DNA of 64,000 nucleotides from Escherichia coli (GTDB lineage Bacteria; Pseudomonadota; Gammaproteobacteria; Enterobacterales; Enterobacteriaceae): NCBI RefSeq assembly GCF_003019035.1, contig NZ_CP027448.1; one strand, 5' to 3'. Shown piece by piece: positions 21,353 to 30,395 of this stretch (position 1 is its first letter; each line of letters starts with the position of its first letter). The notes under the pieces were generated by a model. It saw only the letters and a program-made list of their open reading frames with translations, ran no database searches and was not told where the DNA came from. The position numbers and the translations under genes were made by a program.

Positions 21353-21386
21353 CCGCCCTCCGGAACACGGAACAGAGGGGTAATAA

Positions 21387-21878
21387 ATGAAGAAAACAAT
21401 GATGGCAGCCGCCCTTGTTTTAAGTGCGTTCAGTATTCAGTCTGCACTGTCCGCTGAATACAGCGAGAAAACACAGTATCTGGGAGTAGTGAACGGTCAG
21501 GTGGTGGGTAACAGTGTGGTGAAGGTGACCCGTACACCGACAGACCCGGTGCTGTACCGGAGTGGATACACGACGCCTCTTCCCGGCAGCCTGACCATCC
21601 GCAGCGCAGAGTCCAGGGCTGCATCAGGTGGCCTGACGTATATCACGGTGAAGCAGACTCTGCCGGATAACGGGGAAGCCCGCATCACCCTGAAGACAGC
21701 CCTGATGGTTGACGGAAAGAAAGTGGCACTCAGTGCCAGACAGCAGGGTGAGGATGTGGTGATAAGCGTACCGGAGGCAAAGAAACAGGTTGAGTTAAGA
21801 ACGGATGCACCGGCAGAGCTGGAAGTACCGGTTAGCTACCGGGGAAACCTGCAGATAGCGCTGCAGGTGGAAGACTGA
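21387..21878 (+). CDS. Fimbrial minor subunit (FaeF-like)
   Basis: 163-aa secreted protein with signal peptide MKKTMMAAALVLSAFSIQSALSA; position matches faeF. Confidence 0.6.
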   Translation: MKKTMMAAALVLSAFSIQSALSAEYSEKTQYLGVVNGQVVGNSVVKVTRTPTDPVLYRSGYTTPLPGSLTIRSAESRAASGGLTYITVKQTLPDNGEARITLKTALMVDGKKVALSARQQGEDVVISVPEAKKQVELRTDAPAELEVPVSYRGNLQIALQVED

Positions 21879-22116
21879 GGATTCATTTCCTTTATAAATG
21901 CAGTACATCCCATGACTCCGGAACGGGTCATATTGGTAAAGGGATTTACCGTATTTTTAAACGGGAATAACGTAAAGCTATTCTGAGTTAAACACAGTGT
22001 TTAATGAAATGCGGTTAATTAAATGAATCCGCAGGGGATAGTTTTGCGGTAATTCCGGAAAAATAAGGATTACCGATTTCAGTTTATTATTTATGAAATA
22101 TCAAGGAAATTATTTT

Positions 22117-22887
22117 ATGAAAAAGACTCTGATTGCACTGGCTGTGGCTGCCTCTGCTGCAGTATCTGGTTCTGCTATGGCGTGGACTGCAAACGGCACT
22201 GGTGGTTCTGTTGACCTGGGCGGTACCCTGACTCCGGCAGATGTGGTTACCCCGTGGGAAGTAAAAACCGGTGATGCTGTAACCGGTCTGGATGCGAAAA
22301 TTAAGAAAGGTCAGAAAACAGTTGACATTGCTGTAAATAAGGCAATCCCTGTACTGGGTATTCGTACTCAGACTACTCAGGTATTCCGGGGACAACCAGG
22401 TATCTCTCCACAGATTGACTATGGCAATGCTGTTAATGTTGATGCATTTGAAAATGGTCGCGCACCGGTTACTCTGGAGGTGAAGGATGATACCAATACT
22501 AAGATTGGTACGCTGACCACGTCTTTGGGGGCGTCTGCACTGGTGTCTATTAAAGGTCCATGGAGTGGATATAACCATTATTATTCTGATACAGCTGGGC
22601 AGGGATTCTTTGGCGGCTTACCTAAAAATAAAGCACAAACTCCGGATGAGAACATTGCCGTTAATGTAATGCCTGGGGTGGCTGATCATTATACCAGTCA
22701 GGGTGTTGCTTATTCTGAAGTTGGTGTAAGCACAGAATTTGCTAATACTGAAGCTACTTATAGTGGCTATTATGGAGCAGGTATTGAGCAGGGAAAAATC
22801 ATCAAGATCACACTTGATCAGGTTGCTTCCGGCGATACTCCAATCCAGTGGAAAGCTTCTCTGCCGGTTACTGTTTCTTACCAGTAA
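22117..22887 (+). CDS. Fimbrial major subunit (FaeG/K88-family)
   Basis: Signal peptide MKKTLIALAVAASAAVSGSAMAW and C-terminus ...PVTVSYQ resemble K88 FaeG-type major subunits; ATG at 22117 with AAGGA RBS. Confidence 0.8.
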   Translation: MKKTLIALAVAASAAVSGSAMAWTANGTGGSVDLGGTLTPADVVTPWEVKTGDAVTGLDAKIKKGQKTVDIAVNKAIPVLGIRTQTTQVFRGQPGISPQIDYGNAVNVDAFENGRAPVTLEVKDDTNTKIGTLTTSLGASALVSIKGPWSGYNHYYSDTAGQGFFGGLPKNKAQTPDENIAVNVMPGVADHYTSQGVAYSEVGVSTEFANTEATYSGYYGAGIEQGKIIKITLDQVASGDTPIQWKASLPVTVSYQ

Positions 22888-23114
22888 TTCAGCAGAATCT
22901 GGCAGTAAACCCTCCCCCGTTTACTGCTGACTAAAAATTCAGGTCACTGTTTCCGGTGACCTGAATATACGGAACCGGGATGTCGGAGCAGGTGTTTTTT
23001 TCTGTCGGAATGCGTTGTGACGTATGTCGGTTCTGTATTGTTTTCAGTGGGAACACGTTTGAATGAACTGGTTTTTATTTTTATGTACTCCGGAACAGAG
23101 CAGAGTAAATAACA

Positions 23115-23912
23115 ATGAAAATAGCGCATCATTATAAATCCCTTCTTTCAGCCATTATTTCGGTGGCCCTGTTTTATTCGGCAGCGCCACATGCAAATAT
23201 TCTTGATGGTGGCGAAATTCAGTTTAATGGTTTTGTCACTGACGAAGCCCCCAAATGGACCTGGCAGATAAGCTCGCCGGACCAGACCTGGGCAGTGGAT
23301 ACTGCAGATGCGCGTACAGAGAACGGACAACTGGTTTTTAATTTGCGTGATAAAGGGGCTCTGCCGTTTCTGGAGGGACATCTGCATGAAGTGGCTGAGC
23401 GAGGTGGTCCCGGATTCACCCCCTTTATTACCTTCAGCAGTAATGGACAGCCTTTTACTGTGACGGAAGGAAATGGTACCTCAGCACAGCATTTCCGCGC
23501 CTCTGTCCCGGTGCGTGACCCGGAAACGGGAAATGTGTCGGGGCAGCTTTCTTTCACCTTGAATCAGGGGATGGCAGTCAGTGCCGGCAGACAGGAAGAC
23601 GGGGCATCCGTACCGGTCGGGATGTCGCTGGTCAGTGGGCAGAGCGTGACGGATGTACAGTCAGGAACGCTGCCACAGGGGCTGAAAGCCCGACTCTCTT
23701 CTCTGTTACTGATGAATCAGAATTTTGGCAATGGCATGAATGCGGTGGATAACGGACAGGTTATAAGTCAGGGGGTACTGGCTGACGGTCGGGTGATGAA
23801 TCTGGCTGCGGCCTATGCTTCAGCGGTATCGGATTTTGAACTGCGGTTGCCAGCAGAGGGTACACCTGCAGTATGGCAGGCGGGGCTGAATGTGACGGTT
23901 ACGGTACAGTGA
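23115..23912 (+). CDS. Fimbrial minor subunit (FaeH-like)
   Basis: 265-aa secreted protein ending ...LNVTVTVQ; position matches faeH. Confidence 0.7.
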   Translation: MKIAHHYKSLLSAIISVALFYSAAPHANILDGGEIQFNGFVTDEAPKWTWQISSPDQTWAVDTADARTENGQLVFNLRDKGALPFLEGHLHEVAERGGPGFTPFITFSSNGQPFTVTEGNGTSAQHFRASVPVRDPETGNVSGQLSFTLNQGMAVSAGRQEDGASVPVGMSLVSGQSVTDVQSGTLPQGLKARLSSLLLMNQNFGNGMNAVDNGQVISQGVLADGRVMNLAAAYASAVSDFELRLPAEGTPAVWQAGLNVTVTVQ

Positions 23913-23942
23913 TGGTTGCAGGGATATAAGGAGAGAAGAGAA

Positions 23943-24707
23943 ATGAAAAAGGTGACGTTGTTTCTGTTTGCTGCCAGCCTCCTGCCTTCCTGTGTACTGG
24001 CCTGGAACACGCCGGGAGAAGATTTCAGCGGAGAGCTTAATCTGGAAGGGGCAGTGACCAGCACCCATAATCCGTGGGTGTGGAAAGTCGGACAGGGAAA
24101 TGAAGGCCTGGAGGTTAAACAGAGCCGCGGTGTTCGTGACGGTGAGCAGGCAATTCCGGTCGCACTGCCGGCGATGACCGTTTTACTGGGAAAAACCACC
24201 CTGACCACACCGGCAGGACGTGAGGGGCTTTCTCCCCGTGTCAGTTACGGAAAGGGTACTGAGGGATTTTCGCTTGAATGGACAGCACCAGGCGTGGCGG
24301 AGGTGACGCTGCCTGTCACCGGAGATAATAATGCCCGGGCAGGAAAATTTGTTTTCAGAATGCAGGTAACGGGAGGGTTGCGCTATGTGCAGAACGGACA
24401 GCCCATATATGCCGGCGTATATGACGACCTGAATGCGAATGGTCTGCCAGGTGAAAGTACGATGATGAAGACTTCTGAGACTCCGGGTGTTCTGCAGAAT
24501 ATGTTCAGTGATGAGGGACCGTCATGGCTACACACAATGACAGTGACAACTTCCGTAGGAGTGAGTCACTTCAGCGATGCTTCTTTGCGTCAGGTTGAAG
24601 GTGTATATGGCGCACAGACAGTAGCAGGTAGTGGAGAATTATGCCTGAATGGGACACCGCCTGTGCACTGGCGAGTGTCATTGCCTGTGAGTATTGAGTA
24701 TCAGTGA
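23943..24707 (+). CDS. Fimbrial minor subunit (FaeI-like)
   Basis: 254-aa secreted protein (MKKVTLFLFAASLLPSCVLA...) ending ...LPVSIEYQ; ATG at 23943 with AAGGAG RBS. Confidence 0.7.
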   Translation: MKKVTLFLFAASLLPSCVLAWNTPGEDFSGELNLEGAVTSTHNPWVWKVGQGNEGLEVKQSRGVRDGEQAIPVALPAMTVLLGKTTLTTPAGREGLSPRVSYGKGTEGFSLEWTAPGVAEVTLPVTGDNNARAGKFVFRMQVTGGLRYVQNGQPIYAGVYDDLNANGLPGESTMMKTSETPGVLQNMFSDEGPSWLHTMTVTTSVGVSHFSDASLRQVEGVYGAQTVAGSGELCLNGTPPVHWRVSLPVSIEYQ

Positions 24708-25060
24708 TTTATTTGTACAACGCTTGTTACTTAATGGAGTAACGACGAATCACTTAATAACTCATTTTTGTAACGAGCTCATGGACGACTGGTGGTGATA
24801 ATCATACCGGATCTGGTTAACCTATCCAGTATAAGAGGGACGAATAAAGTAACGGGGAGGGGGATTGAATTTGTTCATGTGTGTGATGTTCAATTCATCC
24901 TTTTCTGTTATCAAGCCAGTCCATAATTACTGTCAAATAGAACGGACGGGGCAAGTATTCATTGTTATTTTATCTGCTCTGACAAGAGTAAGGCTAAATG
25001 TTGCAAACCAGACTGACACTGAGATGTGATATTAAAATATTTGAATATAATGAGGGGTAA

Positions 25061-25396
25061 ATGGAAACGGATATTGATGAGCGAATTAGTGAGTTTCTGG
25101 AAAATCAGAAAAAACATTTCAGTAAAACACTCTTTAGTACCCGTGAAATAGCCGATGCTGTCGGGCTAACGATATATCAGGCCAGAGGATGTCTGGAAGT
25201 TTCACCGTCCTTATCTGTACAGGAGCAATACTGTCCGGCAGCGTGCTCAGGCTGTCCTGGAACATTACCAGTTTGCACGGACACAGCCGGAACCGGTAAG
25301 GCGTTATCTGCAGGTTTATCGGGAGACTCCGCTGGTCACTACAGAAGGGCGTGGCGGAGAACAGCTATCTGTAACCTGTACCCCTTGTGGGTTTGA
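25061..25396 (+). pseudogene. PapI/FaeA-like regulator N-terminus with unrelated C-terminus (probable gene remnant)
   Basis: Residues about 8-50 (ERISEFLEN...TREIADAVGLTIYQARGCLE) resemble the PapI-family winged helix; the rest has no resemblance. Confidence 0.35.
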
Positions 25397-25901
25397 CCGT
25401 GAAGGCGAACTGATGCTGGTTCTGTATTGTGACGGTACGCCTGTTATCCGGATATCGTTTTCATTCATTCGCTGGCGGGGAAGTTTCACTTTGTTTATTG
25501 GTGGCTTGCAGGGGCCTCGGGAATACGGGGCACATACAATTCGTCACACCACTCGCGTTTGTCACGGCCTCTTTCCGCGCAGGGTGCTGTGTGAGGCCGT
25601 TGCTGCGCTGGCGGAGGTGTGCCGGCTGTATACCATCACTGCGGTCAGTGAAGAGCAGCATGTTTTGCGACACGGTAGGTATGCGGCGCGTAAACAGGGG
25701 CGGTTTGTGGCGCATTATAGTGAGTGTTGGATATCTGTAGGAGGACAACACGATGGCAACGGTTTTTACCAATTGCCAGTGCCTTTACCACGTAAAGGTT
25801 CGGAAGATATCCCAGTCCGCAAGCGGGCGGAATACCGCAGACGGAATGCGCTGCTGGACAGTATCCGTTTAGGTGTCAGGGCTGCTATGGGCATTCAGTG
25901 A
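25170..25901 (+). pseudogene. VirK-like (DUF535-family) protein, 5'-truncated
   Basis: Frame is open from 25170 and contains the block ...FIRWRGSFTLFIGGLQGPREYG... that I recall as a VirK signature; first in-frame ATG only at 25413. Confidence 0.5.
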
Positions 25902-26016
25902 GTGCAGAACCGAATAGCAAAGCGCCTAAAGACTACAATGTTCATTGATGTTTAACTCAATGAACAGGTTGCGATAATTGCCAGACTGATTTACTGCATA
26001 ACATGCAGGCATAATA

Positions 26017-27255
26017 TTGCTGGGATATATGTTTGGAACTATAGAAAAAATCAAAACGGGTGATGATGTTCTGTCTGCCGTTATTCACCGTGTTGAATGG
26101 CTGTTTGATACATTCTCTTCTGTCTGCCTGTCTTTTTCCGGAGGAAAAGATTCCACAGTGCTTTTCCATCTTGTGGCTGATGTGGCCCGCAGGAAGAACC
26201 GTCGTTTCTCTGTATTGTTCATTGACTGGGAAGCCCAGTATCAGTGCACCATTGAACATATTCAGAAAATGCGGGAAATGTACCGGGATGTGACGGATAC
26301 CTTTTACTGGGTGGCACTTCCCCTGACCACGGTTAACGGTGTCTCGCAGTTTCAGCCGGAATGGATATGCTGGGAACCCGGTGTGACATGGGTTCGCCAG
26401 CCACCGGAAGAAGCTATTACTGATATGGAGTATTTCCCCTTTTATCAGTATGCCATGACATTTGAAGAATTTGTTCCCGCATTTTCTTCCTGGTTTGCCA
26501 GTAACAGGTGTGGAGTGGCAGTGCTGACCGGTGTCCGAGCAGATGAATCCCTCAACCGCTTTATGGGACTGGTGTCCCAGCGCAAACTGAGATATGCCGA
26601 TGATAAACCCTGGACTACGGCATCGCCTGAAGGGTTTTACTACACCATGTATCCGTTGTATGACTGGAAAGCCCGCGATATATGGATATATAACGCCAGG
26701 ACCCGTGCCATCTACAATCCCCTGTATGACCTGATGTACCGCGCTGGCGTGCCGTTACGTAACATGCGTGTCTGTGAACCCTTTGGTCCGGAACAGCGCA
26801 AGGGACTATGGCTTTATCATGTTCTGGAGCCGGAAACGTGGGGCCGAATGTGTGAGAGGGTGTCCGGTGCTGCCAGCGGAGCACTTTATGCCAACGAAAG
26901 CGGTGCCTATTTTGCCCTGCGTAAACGTATATCAAAACCAGCCCATCATACCTGGCGCAGCTATGCGATGTTCCTGCTGGATGTGATGCCGGAAAGAACG
27001 GCAGAACATTACCGTAACAAGATAGCTATCTACCTGCGCTGGTATCAGACCCGGGGATTCCCGGATGACATCCCGGATGAACAGGAAAATGACCTGGGGG
27101 GCCGGGATATCCCGTCCTGGCGACGTATCTGTAAGACACTAATAAAGAATGATTTCTGGTGCCGGACCCTCTCCTTCAGTCCGAACAAACCCCGGCACTA
27201 CGAACGTTACCTGCAGCGTATGAAAGAAAGGAGAAAGGAATGGGGGATTCTGTGA
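26017..27255 (+). CDS. PAPS-reductase-like protein (YbdN/IbrA-like, DUF3440-type)
   Basis: 412-aa ORF with PP-loop SGGKDS (LSFSGGKDSTVLFHL) near the N-terminus. Confidence 0.8.
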   Translation: MLGYMFGTIEKIKTGDDVLSAVIHRVEWLFDTFSSVCLSFSGGKDSTVLFHLVADVARRKNRRFSVLFIDWEAQYQCTIEHIQKMREMYRDVTDTFYWVALPLTTVNGVSQFQPEWICWEPGVTWVRQPPEEAITDMEYFPFYQYAMTFEEFVPAFSSWFASNRCGVAVLTGVRADESLNRFMGLVSQRKLRYADDKPWTTASPEGFYYTMYPLYDWKARDIWIYNARTRAIYNPLYDLMYRAGVPLRNMRVCEPFGPEQRKGLWLYHVLEPETWGRMCERVSGAASGALYANESGAYFALRKRISKPAHHTWRSYAMFLLDVMPERTAEHYRNKIAIYLRWYQTRGFPDDIPDEQENDLGGRDIPSWRRICKTLIKNDFWCRTLSFSPNKPRHYERYLQRMKERRKEWGIL

Positions 27256-27884
27256 CACCGGAGGTGGAAGTATTGAGCAACATGATTCGTCAGTATTTCA
27301 GTCAAGTGCGAACTGATTCAGAAACCATACAGGCTCTGAATCATCTGCGCAGAGTGCTTCATGAGGTCAGTCCTTTTGCACAGGAGCCTGTGGACTGCGT
27401 ACTGTGGGTGAAAGCGGATGAGGTGGTGGCCAACGATTATAATCCTAATGTCATGGCGCCAGGTGAGAAGAAGTTACTCAAACAGTCTCTGGAGAAAGAC
27501 GGTTTCACACAACCAGTGGTTGTGTCGGAGGAGAAGAACCATTACCTCGTGGTGGATGGTTTTCATCGTCAGCTGCTGGGCAGGGAAGCAGACACAGGGA
27601 AACGCTTTAAGGGCTGGCTACCTGTAGCCTGTATTAATCCGGAGAGAAAGGGACAGGCATCACGTATTGCTGCGACCATTCGACATAACCGGGCCAGGGG
27701 GAAAAATCAGATAACCTCAATGTCTGATATTGTCAGAGACCTTTCGCGCCTGGGCTGGTCAGATGAACGAATTGGCACTGAGCTGGGTATGGACCGGGAT
27801 GAAGTGCTGAGACTGAAGCAGATTAGCGGGCTGATAGAATTGTTTCAGGAGGAGGATTTCAGCCCTGCGTGGACGGTCCGTTAA
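27240..27884 (+). CDS. ParB-like nuclease domain protein (YbdM/IbrB-like)
   Basis: ParB N-terminal-domain features (...YNPNVM...; ...VVDGFHRQ...); ATG at 27240 with AAGGAGAAAGG RBS, overlapping the upstream gene by 16 nt. Confidence 0.75.
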   Translation: MGDSVTPEVEVLSNMIRQYFSQVRTDSETIQALNHLRRVLHEVSPFAQEPVDCVLWVKADEVVANDYNPNVMAPGEKKLLKQSLEKDGFTQPVVVSEEKNHYLVVDGFHRQLLGREADTGKRFKGWLPVACINPERKGQASRIAATIRHNRARGKNQITSMSDIVRDLSRLGWSDERIGTELGMDRDEVLRLKQISGLIELFQEEDFSPAWTVR

Positions 27885-27924
27885 ATAGCAGTTCAGCAAC
27901 GGCACCGGTCCAGCGACCCGGCGT

Positions 27925-28300
27925 GGCACGGCTCAGCTATTGCCTGTGCGTCGTTATAATCATTTTTCTGACGCCGCTGATAAGCTTTAACATGTTGTGC
28001 CGGAAGCAATATTACGTCATGGTCGAGTTTCCTGATTTCCCGGACCCAGTAATGGGATGCCCCGCAAGCCTCCATAGCAACAGTCATTTTAGGCTGTTGC
28101 ACCAGCCAGTTAAGCAGTTGATTGCGAGAAAGTTTGGCCTTTCCTGCGGGGTTGCCATGAGCATTGATACTGAAAAGATAAAAGTTCGTTTTAGCCAGCT
28201 CGATGCCGGTGATTTTCTGTTCAGACATGGTATCCCTCTTATTTTTGTGGTTAAAGTTTATCCTTCATGGCGCAATTGAAGGCTGCCGTGAAGGAGGGGG
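27925..28300 (-). mobile_element. Partial IS110-family copy (left end plus about 100 codons of transposase), inverted
   Basis: Reverse complement of 15462-15830 almost exactly; the transposase ORF (27893-28228) diverges after about residue 100. Confidence 0.75.
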
Positions 28301-28664
28301 AAGACCATCTCATCGCTTACGCATCAGTACACGCTCAAAGCCCTCGATCACATTTTCGCGTCCTCCCGGCAAGCAATCAACTAAGCCACTGCCTTGCCCC
28401 CGGGAATGAAACCTAAGTAAGGTGCACTTTTTATGTCTATAGCAAAGCATTCTCCTGAGTTACGATTCAAGATCGGTAACAATTGCTCTGGTCCGCACAT
28501 CCCATATACAGCGAATGCCGATGCAAACAGCGCCCGTAACATTTTAGCAGCAGAGCACGCCATTCTTGCCTGTGGATGGTGCAATCAGGCCGCAGTTGAA
28601 GCAGGAATTCTCATTCTTCATGGCGTGAAGGAGGTCAAATGTATTATACAGCCCCCTTCAGGGG

Positions 28665-28802
28665 GCTGTATTTGTAAGCATTTTGTTGTCTGCAGTTACC
28701 TGTGCCAGGTAAACTGCGGATGGGGACGTTGTTCTGTATTCAAAAATAATGAAGGCAAACGAATAATATCACCATTGATATCGGCAATACCTCTGACATT
28801 TT
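28665..28802 (+). repeat. Second copy of the IS110-flanking repeat (see 15311-15455)
   Basis: About 140 bp at roughly 90 percent identity to 15311-15455; preceded by the perfect hairpin CAGCCCCC-ttca-GGGGGCTG at 28651-28670. Confidence 0.7.
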
Positions 28803-29178
28803 GCAAAAAAAGAATTGTGTTATGTTTAACGTTGTTTTGCTGATAAATGCAAACCGAAAAAAACTTTCCTAACTCATCCAGTGACAAAACGTCATTATAT
28901 TTTATATTATGATGCTCTAATGGGATAAGCAAGAAGTCATTTTTATTTTTTCGCAATGAAATCCCTGTGTAATTTTCACTCAAAATTAACAAATTACCTT
29001 TTGTTACATAATGAAGCATACTATAATGCAAATAATTTATTTTTATATCTATATGTTCTTTTATACCGTTAAACTCTTTTTCTGCGCAAAATTCAGTTCT
29101 CCCCTTCGCGCACCAATAAAATAAGAAGCCGGTAACAGTAACAAACAAACTAACACTTAGTATGAAAAAATTACGCAT
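28696..29178 (-). CDS. Hypothetical membrane protein, possible ToxS/PsaF-like partner of the adjacent regulator
   Basis: N-terminal TM segment (MRNFFILSVSLFVTVTGFLFYW); starts 1 nt after the regulator stop; 3' end runs into the repeat at 28665-28802. Confidence 0.45.
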   Translation of the reverse strand: MRNFFILSVSLFVTVTGFLFYWCAKGRTEFCAEKEFNGIKEHIDIKINYLHYSMLHYVTKGNLLILSENYTGISLRKNKNDFLLIPLEHHNIKYNDVLSLDELGKFFSVCIYQQNNVKHNTILFLQNVRGIADINGDIIRLPSLFLNTEQRPHPQFTWHR

Positions 29179-29179
29179 T

Positions 29180-29836
29180 TTATTGATACTCACAAGAATA
29201 TTTATCACAGAATATACCCTCCCCCCCTTGCTCAAGGAATATTGCTGTCATCCCTTTTTCTGGCGGAGGGGTATTGAAATCGAAGTTAGAAAAAATATCA
29301 GTATCATTTATTTTTCTTGTCCTTATATCGCTTGCATTATATAAAAACAAAAAAACAGAAAAAACCATAAGTAACACATATATACCACATAAACAATATC
29401 GATATACAGGGATATAGATATTGTTTGAATGGGGGGCTTCCGTTTGTTTATCAACGGAAGCGGATAATTCATCTAATGACTCAGTGATCGTTATTTCAAT
29501 ATCAAGCAAAAAAGCATATCCTTCACCTTTATAAGTTTTTATCACTTCTTTTGATGATAGTTTTTTGAAAATATCTCTGATGTGTTTTATTGCAACAGGA
29601 AGCGATGATGCAGAAACCATTCTGCCCGGCCAGCAGTGACAAACCAGCTCATCATGAGAGATTATGGTTCCTTTATTTTTATAAAGGTATTCAATCAATA
29701 ACACCTCATTTTTCGACAACTGAAAGGAGGTTTTATTAAAAAAAATCAGGTTTTTCTTCTTGTCCAAGAGAATCATACGATTATTGAAAATTTCAACGGG
29801 GTTGACGTTCTGTGATATATAAGTGGAATAACACAC
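29180..29836 (-). CDS. ToxR/PsaE/CadC-like membrane-anchored winged-helix transcriptional regulator
   Basis: N-terminal OmpR/PhoB-type DNA-binding domain (...LSKNEVLLIEYLYKNKGTIISHDELVCHCWPGRMVSASSLPVAIKHIRDIFKK...), one TM segment (YRYCLCGIYVLLMVFSVFLFLY), short periplasmic tail. Confidence 0.7.
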   Translation of the reverse strand: MCYSTYISQNVNPVEIFNNRMILLDKKKNLIFFNKTSFQLSKNEVLLIEYLYKNKGTIISHDELVCHCWPGRMVSASSLPVAIKHIRDIFKKLSSKEVIKTYKGEGYAFLLDIEITITESLDELSASVDKQTEAPHSNNIYIPVYRYCLCGIYVLLMVFSVFLFLYNASDIRTRKINDTDIFSNFDFNTPPPEKGMTAIFLEQGGEGIFCDKYSCEYQ

Positions 29837-30077
29837 TATGAAGCAATAAAATCAAGAATTTTAGTTGCCCGTTAAAAAACTTCAAGCCTGCAAGTAAAAA
29901 TTGCGGCGTTTATTTTAAATTCCAGAGTGTAACGTTTTTTTACCACACATCAAATTCATATATTATACTGTTATCCAGAGATTCTCTCCGGAGAGGAAGC
30001 CATGACAGTTGCGGCTTGTCATGGTCTGAAATTACCGTTATAAAAACGGTTCATATAACTGTCTTTCAGGGAGTTAT

Positions 30078-30395
30078 ATGGCCCGTTCAGCTAAACCGCG
30101 CAAACGCAAATCATCCATACAAAGAAGCAAACACCCACGCTATGTTGTAAAACTTCATGGAGATGAGTTTTTTGACGAAGAAGAAGCAGAGGTTCTGCGC
30201 TTTGAGCATTTTGATGATGCCGTGGAGTGCTGCGCAGACCTGAATATTCCGTTCTTTGTAGATGCCGGAAACAAAAAGCTGGTCTTCTGGTTTGTTCGTG
30301 TTGATGACGAAAGTTATCCAGAAATTGCCCGCTGCACGGAGCGGGAGTTTGCGACTATTCTTGCCGGTATCAGCCCGAAAGAATGTCGTGGCTGA
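30078..30395 (+). CDS. Hypothetical protein
   Basis: 105-aa ORF with AGGGAG RBS; basic N-terminus, acidic centre; no family recognised. Confidence 0.4.
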   Translation: MARSAKPRKRKSSIQRSKHPRYVVKLHGDEFFDEEEAEVLRFEHFDDAVECCADLNIPFFVDAGNKKLVFWFVRVDDESYPEIARCTEREFATILAGISPKECRG

